Shown piece by piece: positions 51,993 to 63,329 of a stretch of DNA of 64,000 nt. The notes below the pieces were generated by a model, which saw nothing but the letters and a program-made list of their open reading frames with translations, ran no database searches and was not told the origin of the DNA. The translations under genes were made by a program, and so were the position numbers. The stretch is taken from positions 7,502,001 to 7,566,000 of the forward strand of contig NC_043021.1 in NCBI RefSeq assembly GCF_006345805.1, read 5' to 3'. Position 1 is the first letter of the stretch. Each line of letters opens with the position of its first letter. This DNA comes from Octopus sinensis. Taxonomy: Eukaryota.

Positions 51993-52097
51993 CTGTAACA
52001 ACACAAAATACAAACAGCAGTTTACTTCACAAAGTCTTTGACCAATCTTTCAGCATCAACAATAACATTTTATGAACCAAGAAGGAAGCCTCTAAGC

Positions 52098-52978
52098 CAG
52101 GGCTGGCCAATCTGAGGCCCGCAGACTTTTATCTTGTGGCCCGCTTGATATTTTCTTGAAATGGGTTTATTTAAGCCCTTACCCAACAATTATTTTGAAA
52201 ATAAATGTATTTTTTCAGACATATTTTTTAATTGTTTTATTTTACTATGTTTTGAATGGTGATTTCGAGGTATATTTCAAACCTTATTTATTAAGAATTT
52301 TAATTCAATAATATTGATTTTAAATTACCGCTTTGGGCAGAAACGAGTTAACCCATTTTTTTCATAAATCATATTACTTTTACAAAAAATCATGTTATTT
52401 TATTTGGTTATCTTATTTTCCAAATTTAGAATGAATGATCAAAAGACAACGTAAAAACAAAGTGAATACTTCTATTCATAAAATGTGCCTTCCAACCCTT
52501 CGACTGTCTCCAGGTGACTAAATCATACTCGGTCTTCAATGCCTTACTCAAGCGAAAGGTGGCAGAAATCGTCACTGCCAGACGTATAAAGTGAGCGAAT
52601 ATACTCGTATATGTCAAAAAAGAGTTTATAATAGACAAAGGAACTCATTTGCTGTCGATTTTGGCGAGTCTATCTTTTGACGAGTTAACTCACCAGAGAT
52701 AGAAAAAAACGTATATATTCGTTTCTGCTGGGTAAGGGGTTAAACAAACATTTTAAAAATTTTATCAAAAATTAAAGATTGTAATGAAAAGTAAAAAAGA
52801 AAGATACTAATGTTTTTGCAATGATAATATTTCATGTTGAATCAATGATCTTTCATTCATTATTATAATAATAGCATGAGAAAACAAAATTCTTTCAATT
52901 CTGTCAGTATACAAGCAGCCCTCAAAAAATTTCTATGATTAAAGTGGCCTGCAATGTAATTCGAGTTGGCCAGGCCTG
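52098..52978. mobile_element. hAT MITE containing a nested piggyBac-like MITE (52175-52739)
   Basis: Outer TIRs CAGGGCTGGCCAA / TTGGCCAGGCCTG with 8-bp TSD CTCTAAGC; inner TTAA-(G)CCCTTACCCA...TGGGTAAGGGG-TTAA. Confidence 0.85.
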
Positions 52979-53219
52979 CTCTAAGCCAATGGCTCTCAAC
53001 CAGGGTCCATGTAAGATTTTGTAGTTTTGCTTACTTCTGCAGTACATTTTTAAAAATAAAGTAGCTAGTTAGAAAAATCTAAATATCAGATTAAAGTAGT
53101 AATTATACTATGAAGTAATATTTATTGCCACATCAATATGGCTCTTTGACGTTACTACCATTTTAACCCCAGGCAGATCGTCCTGTATGTATTACAAGTA
53201 CCCTGTATGTATTACTAAC

Positions 53220-53437
53220 TATTTCTTTACTACCCACAAGGGGCTAAACACAGAGGGGATAAACAAGGACAGACAAACGGATTAAGTCGATTATATCGAT
53301 CTCAGTGCGTAACTGGTACTTAATTTATCGACCCCGAAAGTCGACCTTGGCGGAATTTGAACTCAGAACGTAGCGGCAGACGAAATACGGCTACGCATTT
53401 CGCCCGGCATACTAACGTTTCTGCCAGCTCGCCGCCT
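53220..53437 (-). mobile_element. SINE family C
   Basis: As above, with a small internal deletion. Confidence 0.85.
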
Positions 53438-53736
53438 TATGTATTACTACCGTCCTCCTGTAGACGATGGGATCACAAGACCAAATGGCTGCAGCCTACT
53501 TGTGCCCATCTTCAGTCGTGAACAGCCAACTACTAGAAATAGTGGGAATTCAATTCAGCTCGCAATATGTACAGAAATAAGGATGTTACATGACAATGAT
53601 GATGACGAATCTCAAAATCAAAGAGACTGAGGACTAATTAAAACAGAAAAGAAGGCTAGACAAAAACGGTGAGAGAGTAGACAGAAGAATCTATATTTGT
53701 CCACGACTATACAGGTACCTATAGAACCTCTCGAAA

Positions 53737-54032
53737 GAGCTGTTCTTCACTCCTGCTCCAGAGCGTCGGCTGCGGGGTCACTCTGAAAAGCTCTATCTGT
53801 GACGATTTCATCTCAATCGAAGGAGAGGGGCTTTCTCCGTCCGGGTTGCAGATTCGTGGAATAAGCTGCCGGACGAGATAGTGAAGATGCCGACGACCGC
53901 TTGGTTCAAAGTCTCTCTTGACCAGAAATGGCCTGAACTCTTTGCCTGAACACCCTATCTGTACATAACTCCATGTCCCCCTACATGGCCTTGCTTTTTG
54001 CTTTTTGAGCCAAAAAATTAACTTAACTTAAT
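53737..54032 (+). mobile_element. CR1-clade LINE 3' end
   Basis: ELFFTPAPERRLRGHSEKLYL*RFHLNRRRGAFSVRVADSWNKLPDEIV...LDQKWPELFA*, then 3' UTR and (TAACT)n tail. Confidence 0.9.
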
Positions 54033-54220
54033 TAGTGAGAGCATGGTATATGTTACCAAGCCACACTCGTCATTGGCTGATGGTTGGCTCTTCTTAATAA
54101 TATGGTTGTCATTGATTTCTTAAAAAAAGGTGCTAAAAAATATGATGGGTTGCATACTGACCGAAGATAAACCAAACAAGAAAGAAGAAAGAGAAGGGGA
54201 TGAAAATAAGGGTTACTTAC

Positions 54221-54303
54221 TCTCAGGGATGTAAATTGATGGTATTTCCATTTCCGAAAAGCCCAGAGGGCTATTTGACGCTCATGGTCAGTCCATGTGC
54301 ATT
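54221..54303 (-). CDS. unc-104: unc-104 exon H: [27 protein letters not shown]
   Basis: 83 nt, actag|AA...AGA|gtaagt, phase 1-0. Confidence 0.96.
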
Positions 54304-54344
54304 CTAGTATTAGAAAAGGGAAGACATATTAGAGAAAGAGTGTG

Positions 54345-54356
54345 GGAGAGAGAGAA

Positions 54357-54399
<43 letters not shown>

Positions 54400-54426
54400 A
54401 ACAAACAGACAGAGAGACAGACAGTC

Positions 54427-54479
<53 letters not shown>

Positions 54480-54545
54480 AACAGACAGACAAACAGACAG
54501 ATAGACAAACAAACAGACAGAAAAACAAACACACAGACAGACAAA
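54345..54545. repeat. (ACAG/ACAA)n microsatellite just upstream of the exon H acceptor
   Basis: Direct observation. Confidence 0.9.
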
Positions 54546-54592
54546 TAGAGGAACAAAGTGCATATATGTACAAACATGCACAGGCACACATA

Positions 54593-55013
54593 TCTTTTAT
54601 CTTTTACTTGTTTCAGTCATTAGACTGTGGCCATGCTGGGGCACTGCCTTTGAGAATTTTTAGTTCAATGAATCGACCCCAGGACTTATTTTCTTTTTAA
54701 GCCTGGTACTTATTCTTTTGGTCTCTTTTCTCAAACAGCTAATGTTACAGTGATGTAAACACACCAACACCGGTTATCAAGCAGTGGCAGGAGACAAACA
54801 CAGATGCAAAGACACACACACACACATATACATATATATATATATTCAACAGGCTTCTTTCAGTTTCCAGCTACCAAATCCACTCACAAGGCTTTGGTCA
54901 GCCCAAGGCTATAGTAGAAGACACTTGCCCAAGGTGCCGTGCAGTGGGATTGAACTCAGAACCATATGGCTGGGAGGTAAGCTACTTACCACACAGCCAC
55001 ACCTGCACCTATA
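54593..55013 (-). mobile_element. SINE family A (diverged, full length)
   Basis: Head and tail recognisable. Confidence 0.8.
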
Positions 55014-55507
55014 ATACATATATAAGTTTGCAAAACAAATGCACAATTGAAATCAAAATCAAATTTTATGACTGGCATCCATGCTAGTGGGGCGCTAAGA
55101 GCACCATCCAAGCATGATCGTTGCCAGAGTGGCTAACAGGCTTTCGTGCCAGTGGAACGTAAAAGGCACCATTCGAGCGTGATCGTTACCAGCGTCGCCT
55201 TATTGGCACTTGTACCGGTGGCACGTGAAAAACCATTCGAGCGAGATCGTTGCCAGTACCGCCTGACTGGCCACCGTGCTGGTGGCACATTAAAGCACCC
55301 ACTACATTCTCGGAGTGGTTGGCGTTAGGAAGGGCATCCAGCTGTAGAAACTCTGCCAGATCAAGATTGGAGCCAGGTGCAGCCATCTGGTTCGCCAGTC
55401 CTCAGTCAAATCGTCCAACCCATGCTAGCATGGAAAGCGGACATTAAATGATGATGATGCTGATAATGATGATGAAAAAGAGAGAGAAGAATATTCCAGA
55501 GACTTAC

Positions 55508-55613
55508 CCATCTGATGGTCTTCTTCTTCATTGAAGTCATCGGTGGTGTAACTGGACATCATAGAATGTCTCTCAACCTGTTCTTGTAAAGCATGAATTT
55601 GGAACTCATAGTC
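55508..55613 (-). CDS. unc-104: unc-104 exon G: DYEFQIHALQEQVERHSMMSSYTTDDFNEEEDHQME
   Basis: 106 nt, ttctag|GAC...ATGG|gtaagt, phase 0-1; DYE..I.ALQ.Q motif. Confidence 0.93.
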
Positions 55614-56075
55614 CTAGAAACAGAGAAAACAGAAAGAAACTAATATAGAAGTAGGTATAGATTTTAGTTGTTGTTGTTATTATTAATATTGTAAGGCGGC
55701 AAGCTGGCAGAACAGTTAGCACACCGGACGAAAAGCTTAGCAGTATTTTGTCTGCCACAATGTTCTGTGTTCAAATTCCACCAAGATCGACTTTGCTTTC
55801 ATCCTTTTTGGGGTTGATAAATTAAGTACCAGTGGAACGCTGCATATTTTTAGAATGACATTGTGTGGTAGGTGTGAGAGACTGGATCTGACTGATTTGA
55901 ACATAAAGCATGCAAAATATAACTGCTTAGATACTAAAGGGTTAAAGTGATCTAAAATCTACCTGTCAAAATTTCATGTTAATTTAGGCATCAAACACCA
56001 GTTTAATAACAATAAAGTCATTTTACTAAATTCTTCATTATTTTAAAATTTAATTGAAACAAAGGTAACATATCA

Positions 56076-56316
56076 GTTCTATATTTAAGAGATGAGGAAT
56101 TAGGTATATTATTTACATTTGACAGATATTTGTCCTCATCTTGTTTGTTGGTAACACAACATTAACAAGAACCTCGAAAAATACCTTGGGAATGAGAACC
56201 CAGGTTCAAAATTTCCCCCAAGACACCTGATGAAGGCTGGAGGGTATATCAGCCAAAATGTTGTGTTAGCAACAAACAAGATAAGGACAAATATCCGTCA
56301 AATGTAAATAATGTAC
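56076..56316. mobile_element. Centrally deleted copy of the 1879-2424 palindromic element
   Basis: Same left end (GTTCTATATTTAAGAGATGAGG) and same right arm; both tRNA heads missing. Confidence 0.82.
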
Positions 56317-56401
56317 CAAACTTAGAGTTTGTTACACTACAAACAGCAGGATCCTTTTGAAAAAAGAGAAAAAAAATGAAGACACACATGAAAGCCCCCA
56401 C

Positions 56402-56474
56402 CTTTCTTTGCTGTTCAAAAAGCATGTCAGCTTCTTCTTTCTCTTTCCGATACTGCTCTTCAAGGGCAAGCAAT
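56402..56474 (-). CDS. unc-104: unc-104 exon F: LLALEEQYRKEKEEADMLFEQQRK (coiled coil)
   Basis: 73 nt, ctctag|A...AAG|gtgggg, phase 2-0. Confidence 0.95.
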
Positions 56475-56957
56475 CTAGAGGAGACAACGAAATAAAGAAA
56501 AAGAGTAAAAAAAAAAAGGGGTTAAAATGGAAAGATACCAGCAGCAATACAATAACATTTATTAGTTGTTTTTTATCTCCAAAAAATACTTTTTAAAATA
56601 TACTTTTATATGCCTAAAACTCGAATAACTTAACTGGATTGGAAGACTTGAATACAGGCAAGAAAGAAGTTAAGAAACTGAGAAGAACTTACATTCAAAA
56701 GTATTGATCTTGAGAGGATATTAACAATACCTTGATTATATATCAAAAATAATATGTTAAGGATGTACAAGCTAAGAGATTAAAGTAACTGGTCAATGGT
56801 CAATAGTTAGCCTTTCTATGCTTAGACAATATTATAGACACTGCTTGTCCTCATGTTGACTAACAATATATCCTTTATTTTTACAGTTGCTGTGTCACAA
56901 TATATTACAGCTATACTTACAAAGAAGAAAGTTAATGTAAAACAATAAAGTGCTTAC

Positions 56958-57051
56958 CTCTGTTCCATGTCCTTTCTCAGATCAATTCCTTGATTTTCCA
57001 GCAATTCAAGTTGAGCAAATGTCCAGTCAACTGGTTCTTGGTTCTGAGACA
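56958..57051 (-). CDS. unc-104: unc-104 exon E: [31 protein letters not shown]
   Basis: 94 nt, gttcag|TG...CAGAG|gtaagc, phase 1-2; matches KIF1A EPVDWAFAQRELLEKQGID. Confidence 0.96.
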
Positions 57052-57959
57052 CTGAACACATAAAAAATTATATTAAATTTTGTGAAGCCAAAACCCACCA
57101 AAATAAAGTTTTAAAAAATAGTAAATTATTAGGATAATAATGTTTTTTAATTCTTATCTATTAGAGGGTGATAATTATAGGAGAGCACTAATCAGCCTTT
57201 GCATAAGTAGCCTAGGCTGTGAGCATCATATTTCATATGGTTCAAATGAACAAAAAACAAAAGAGAGATGAGGGAGCAACAAACGAGGTCTATTAGTTTG
57301 ACATGTTAGAAAAATGGAAAAGTCTTTGATGTTTCGAGCCTATGCTCTTCAACAAAAAAGAATAAGGAAAGAAAACAATCATCATTTAACCCTTTCGTTA
57401 CTGTATTTATTTTGAGATGCTCTGTGTTTCTTTCAATTATTTTAAATATAACAACGAATTTAGTAAAATAACTTAGCTATCATTAAGCTAGTGTTAGGAA
57501 TATAAATTGCAACTAAGGTTTGGTGGTATATTTTGATGCAAAACTTATGAAAACAAGACATTCGTACTACAGAGCCAGAGCCGGTTTTGGCCGGGTTAGT
57601 AACGAAAGGGTTAATGTCTGTTTTCTATGTTGGCATGGGTTAGACAGTTTGACTGAAGATGGTAAGCCAGAGAGCTGCAGCAGGCTCCAGTCTGTTTTGG
57701 CTTGGTTTCTGCAACTGGATGACCTTCCTAATGCCAACCACTTGACTGAGTGTACTAAGGGGTTAAAGATTGATGATGTCCTCTGGCCAAAATCCATCTA
57801 TAGAGACTGCGTGCTCTCTGATTCCATGATGGTTTCCCCCTGTACACAGGATTAACATATATACTGTATAATAATACACCTAACATCATGAAAACCAGAA
57901 GAGTAAAATATTTTCTCAGCTAACTACTTTCAACATAAGCAAGATGGGCAGAGCGAGAA

Positions 57960-58195
57960 GCTATTAAAAAAAGGAGTGCAAAGAAAGGGAAACAAATCGT
58001 TAGCCACTACACACATTTTTTTCTCTCCTTTTTTTCTCTCTCCTTGTTTTTTCTGTGTCCCTTTCTGTAGAAGAGCGTAGGCTCGAAACGTAAAAGACTT
58101 TTTATATCCCTGGGCATTATACTAATACATCTGTTTGTTTTGTACACCACCTGTCTTCGTCTTTTGTTTTTTTCGTAAACTCTCCCTATATATAT
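57960..58195 (+). mobile_element. (TA)n-tailed repeat with hammerhead-like motif (58061-58096); inverted decayed relative at 57324-57360
   Basis: CTTT-CTGTAGA-A-GAGC(GTAG)GCTC-GAAA-CG-TA-AAAG. Confidence 0.6.
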
Positions 58196-58848
58196 ATACA
58201 TATATATATGTGAGTGTAACTGACTTAACTACTCCTGGGTATGAGTAAACAAACTGCATCCTTCTGCCAAGCTGTATCAAGCTAGTGTGGCAGAGTAGGC
58301 GCATTAAACTAGTATGATCTGAAATCAAATTCCCAGCCTCCACATCAAACCATGGTTGACAGAGGGAACACGCAGAGGCCTTCATCCTGCAGTGGACTGA
58401 ATACAAGCAATCCAATGTCATCCAATATATATATATATAAAGAGAGAGAGGCCATATGTTCTAGAGGGAACTAACAGCCAAGGAGAAGTGGATTATACCT
58501 TGTCCCTTGACCTACATGTTATATTCCGAAGTCTGCTCAGTCAAGGTTGACTGAGGCTAGCCAGGAACAACCCAATCCTGAAGGGTCAGCAAAGATCACA
58601 TGCCAATAACTGCAGACCAATACAATAGAAAGGGGTTAAAAAAAAATCTTGTACTACAGAGGATCATCAAAATAGTATATTTTTGAGAGACGCCAAGATT
58701 CAGTGACGTTCAGCCAAGTGCCAATTGGAAATATTTATATAACAGCAACACTAACCTCAAATTCGCACAAACATTTACCTACCAAAAAAGTAACAACAAA
58801 AACAACAATGATGATGATGATGAGTAAGGCAAAAACAAATCAACTTAC

Positions 58849-58899
58849 GACTTTCAAGGTCTGTAATACTTTCAGTCATCAGGGCTCGGCTTTCACGAG
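58849..58899 (-). CDS. unc-104: unc-104 exon D: RESRALMTESITDLES (post-FHA linker)
   Basis: 51 nt, long pyrimidine tract ending ttgtag|CT...AGTC|gtaagt, phase 1-1; bridges PVQA and SQNQEPVDW in frame; sequence itself is weakly conserved. Confidence 0.85.
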
Positions 58900-59204
58900 C
58901 TACAAGGGGAAAAAAGAAAATAATTGGAAAACAAATTTGAGATAAGTGTTCACTTAGAAAGGATTAAAGCAATGATTCCCAACAAGGGTCATATGGACCC
59001 TTGTGGGGGTCCATATAAGGTTTCGTTATTAAAATTTATGTGCATTAAATCAGTTATACTTCAACAATACACAAAATGTTTTGAGAATTTTTTTAATGCA
59101 ATTCCTAATAATATTCTTTTTTACTCTAGGCACAAGGCCCGAAATTTTGAGGGAGGGGGCCACTCAATTAGATCGACCCCAGTACACAACTGGTACTCAA
59201 GGTC

Positions 59205-59535
59205 ACCCCCTTGAAGTGTTTTAGTCGAACAAATCACCCCTAGTACTTCTTTTTCTAAAGCCTGATACTTATTCCATCAGTCTCTCTTTCTAAGCCACTA
59301 AGTTACAGGCAGGTAAACACACCAACAGCGGTTGCGAAGTGATAGTGGGGGACAAACACACCCACACATACATAATGAACTTCTTTCAATTTCCATTTAT
59401 CAAATCCACTCACAAGGCTTTGGTCCACCAAAGGTTATAGTAGAAGGTACCCACCCAAGGTGCCATGCAATGGGACTGAACCCAGAATCTTGTGGTTGCA
59501 AAGCAAACTTCTTACACATAGCCATGCCTGCACCT
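59205..59535 (-). mobile_element. SINE family A (diverged)
   Basis: AAATCCACTCACAAGGCTTTGG core and head. Confidence 0.7.
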
Positions 59536-59669
59536 TTATATGATTACCTCAATAATATAGTTCTGGTCAACAAAATTCACTCCCAAGGCATTGACTGGTT
59601 CAAATCATCTATAATTGAAGACTCACGCTCAAAGTGCTGCGAGGAGGGACTGAGACCAAAAACATGCGG

Positions 59670-59912
59670 TTGAGGGCCTTATTCTCATTTGATACAGAAG
59701 CTGTGGGCTGAAAGAGATTCAGTCGCAGGTCCCATACTAGATGGCTGGTCATAATTAAGGAAGATCTCCAGAAGCTCGGAGTTATCTTGGATGATGCAGA
59801 GGGCATGAGACCACCAGCAATGGGAGACATAGTGGACCTGTTTGGCTCTATGCACGATGATGCCTCTGGGACCACGAAGCTGGGATAACCCCCAGTCCCA
59901 TCAAGCAAGAAC
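59670..59912 (+). mobile_element. Decayed RTE-like LINE 3' fragment
   Basis: PHTRWLVIIKEDLQKLGVILDDAEG reading resembles RTE C-termini. Confidence 0.55.
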
Positions 59913-60140
59913 ATGATCAGAATGGTGTGTGTGTGTGTGTAAAATTAACTCAGTCATTAAAATATATCGGACATTTGCCATACTTAAATAATTTCAATTA
60001 TAACCATTAGTTCTAATCAGGGAAAAGATTGATCCTCAACACATACAGACTAAACCACCCTGCAGAATTAATTCAGTGCAACAGAAATTAAATTGATAAA
60101 ACAAGATAAAACATGAACAAACAAATTATTAGTTACACAC

Positions 60141-60281
60141 CTTGCACTGGATGGTTGAAACGAAAAACGTGGTTTTTGCCAAGGATTACACGAGCGCCGA
60201 CTTTCAGGATGGTTGGCTCAGTGATTTGACGGCCGTTAACATAGAGTATGGATCCATTGCTTGGAATTACAGTAACTGTAC
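60141..60281 (-). CDS. unc-104: unc-104 exon C: [47 protein letters not shown] (FHA)
   Basis: 141 nt, tctacag|GT...CAAG|gtgtgt, phase 1-1. Confidence 0.97.
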
Positions 60282-61676
60282 CTGTAGAAAGAAGAGGCAA
60301 ATAACAAAGCCATTAAGAAATGCATGCTATGTCTCTCTCAATATATCTTAATGGAAAAAATGATACAGTGCTCAATACATTAAAATAGAGCTAAAAATAT
60401 TTTAATCTAACAAATGTGCTCTTCCCCCTGCCCCTTCAAAAAAGAAGGAAACAAAATCAGAGGTTTCTTTAATTTTTTAGAGAATCCCCCCCATTCTATT
60501 CGGGCCTGAAAATAGTGTTCTTTCACTTTAAAAAAATTCCTCTGGTGGCTCTGTCTGTCATCCCCAATCTAGACTGGTTATGAGCACTGCCCCTTAACTC
60601 TGAAAACAATACTACAGACAATAAAAATAATAACAAATAGCCATCTGTGTATCATACTTAAGAAGTATACACTATTGAGAGGCAATGCTGAAATGCATGT
60701 GGTGTTCTTGTTAGTTGCTGCTGGGACAACATTTCATCTCCCTCCAATATATAGTGTTTTTAACACAGCATTTCTATGAAAGATCTTTTTTCTTGGACAA
60801 AAATTACAGTAACTTCCCTGTTGACAGTATATATAAATTAAGTATGATGCATAGATGGTTATTTCAATTTAATGCTGTTTTGATTGCATACACATAGTTT
60901 TTATTCAGCTTGACAGCTATTTGCAGCATCAGTGAATGTATTATTCACTAATTCCTATATATCAGGTGACTGATTTCATGTGACAGGCTATGAGTACACA
61001 TCACTGAAAAAACTCAAAAAGGCTGAAATACATCTGGTGTCTTGCTAGCCAATGTTAGGATGATTTTCTTGCCTTCATCCAATATATATTGTTTTTAATA
61101 CAGCGCATATATAATAGGTTTTATCTCGGATGCAAACTGTTCTAACTCACTTGTCAATGGTGTATGTATGTTAAATTATATGTACATGGTTATTTTAATA
61201 TAATATCCGAATCGTGGCCGCTGCCAGCGCCGCCTCGACTGGCATCCGTGTCGGTGGCACGTAAAAAGCACCATCCGAATCGTGGCCGAAGCCAGTGCCG
61301 CCTCGACTGGCTTCCGTGCAGGTGGCACATAAAATGCACCAATCCGACTGTGGCCGATGCCAGCCTCGCCTGGCACCAGTGCAGGTGGCATGTAAAAAGC
61401 ATCCACTACACTCACGGAGTGGTTGGCGTTAGGAAGGGCATCCAGCTGTAGAAACATTGTCAGATAAGACCGGAGCCTGGTGCAGCCTTCTGGCTTCCCA
61501 GATCCCCGGTTGAACTGTCCAACCCATGCTAGCATGGAGAACAGACGTTAAACGATGATGAACATTTGAATTACATACACCAAAGAAAAAAGTTAAAAAA
61601 AGCTGGTAAACAATTACTTCCAGTTTTCATAAATGTTATAAACTCTTTAAAGAAGAATCTGTAAGCTCTTATTTAC

Positions 61677-61768
61677 CTTCGTTATTATCAAACATACAAT
61701 GGTCTTCTTTGATATGGGTTCCATTTAATTGAATATCAGGGGGCTGTTTGGTGTTTGGTAGACCAACC
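61677..61768 (-). CDS. unc-104: unc-104 exon B: VGLPNTKQPPDIQLNGTHIKEDHCMFDNNEG (FHA)
   Basis: 92 nt, cattcag|G...GAAG|gtaaat, phase 2-1; FHA VG...DI.L.G...HC pattern. Confidence 0.95.
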
Positions 61769-62107
61769 CTGAATGATTAAGAGAAATAAAAACAAAAATT
61801 TTAAATCAATTAACAGTTAATTGATAATAAACCTCATAAGTGATTATTAGAATATTATAAATATAGATATTCTTTTATTTTATTTTATTTTATTTTATTT
61901 GGCGTTAGGAAGGGCATCCAGCCGTAGAAACACTGCCAAATCTGACTGGGCCTGATGAAGCCTTCCGGCTTCACAGAACCCAGTTAAACTGTCCAACCCA
62001 TGTTAGCATGGAAAACGGACGCTAAATGATGATGATGATGATGATGATGTTTCAGTCATTTGGCTGCGGTCAGGCTGAAGCATCACATTGAAGGGTTTTA
62101 GTTGAAG

Positions 62108-62157
62108 AAATAAGACACTCTGTCATCAAAATATCATCATTCAGGTTGACCAAGTGA
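62108..62157 (-). pseudogene. Decayed 50-nt copy of part of exon A
   Basis: 46/50 identical to 63190-63239; reads HLVNLNDDILMTECLI; no in-frame splice sites. Confidence 0.85.
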
Positions 62158-62460
62158 TAAATATGATCTTAATTCTTTTAAATCCCATATTAATCATTCA
62201 ATGGTTTTTTTGAGCAGGTTCACATTTGATTTTTTTCTTTTCTCATTTTCTTTTAAAACTTTGGTAAACGGTTTCAATCTAGTTTATTTTAAAATATGAA
62301 GTTTCTATCATTGAACCAGGAGCAGTCTTGGGCAGATTGTTATCAAAAGGTTTAACCGTTTGGTGTTCAGATTATTCTGTCAAATGTAATGCTTATTGAT
62401 TCACATCATTTTAAGTCGATCATGCATTATCTCATAGCTTTGAGATTTCAATGATGTGAT

Positions 62461-62867
62461 TACTCTTTTACTTGTTTCAGTCATTTGACTGCAGCCATGC
62501 TGGAGCACCGCCTTTAGTCGAGAAATTCGACCCCGGGACTTATTCTTTTGTAAGCCCAGTACTTATTCTATCAGTCTCTTTTGCCGAACCGCTAAGTAAC
62601 GGGGACATAAACACACCAGCATCGGTTGTCAAGCAATGCTAGGGAGACAAACACAGACACACAAACACACACACATATATATATATATATATACACATAT
62701 ACGACGGGCTTCTTTCAGTTTCTATCTACCAAATCAACTCACAAGGCTTTGGTCGGCCTGAGGCTATAGTAGAAGACACTTGCCCAAGGTGCCACGCAGT
62801 GGGACTGAACCCGGAACCATGTGGTTGGTAAACAAGCTACTTACCACACAGCCACCCCTGCGCCTAT
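62461..62867 (-). mobile_element. SINE family A, full length, inside a piggyBac-like MITE
   Basis: As 8667-9062. Confidence 0.85.
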
Positions 62868-63164
62868 ACTTTTGTTTACTTTTTAAAGTGACATTGTAGG
62901 GTAGATATAAGAGGCCAGATCTGGCTGGTTTCAAGAAAAAACAGGTAGAATATTTTGGTCAGATATGGCCAGTTTAAATGCTAAATGATTAAATGAGGTT
63001 GAACACATTGAATAACTTTATTTGTCCTCAAAAAGATGGAATGGTCAGGGTTGGAATGCATTTAATCATAGGTTTGTTCAATGGAAGGGCAGAGGGCTAC
63101 AGGAGAGTTATTAAACCACTAATATAGAGGGAAAAAGTGGGACAAGATGAGAAGGATTTCTTAC

Positions 63165-63244
63165 CTCGTAATACCATCCTTGATGTAGTAAATAAGACAC
63201 TCTGACATCAAAGGATCCTCATTCAGGTTGACCAAGTGAGGGGT
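63165..63244 (-). CDS. unc-104: unc-104 exon A: [27 protein letters not shown] (pre-FHA)
   Basis: 80 nt, ttgtcag|ACC...ACGAG|gtaaga, phase 0-2; near-invariant KIF1 motif. Confidence 0.97.
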
Positions 63245-63329
63245 CTGACAAGAGAAAACATTAGATGTGTCTTTGAGAGATGAACACAATGAAATAATGT
63301 AACAGAACATTGTTGTCGAGTAGGTTTGG

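Larger units (their letters stand above)
312..63244 (-). other. unc-104: Partial span of kinesin-3 gene unc-104/KIF1A-like (15 exons in window; continues beyond both ends)
   Basis: Spliced translation is open with matching phases and carries KIF1A/Unc-104 hallmark motifs: [82 protein letters not shown]. Confidence 0.97.

Noticed and set aside
55614-56401. KIF1B-alpha-type alternative terminal exon after EQQRK
   Set aside because: The 788-nt intron holds only repeats and has no long ORF in phase.
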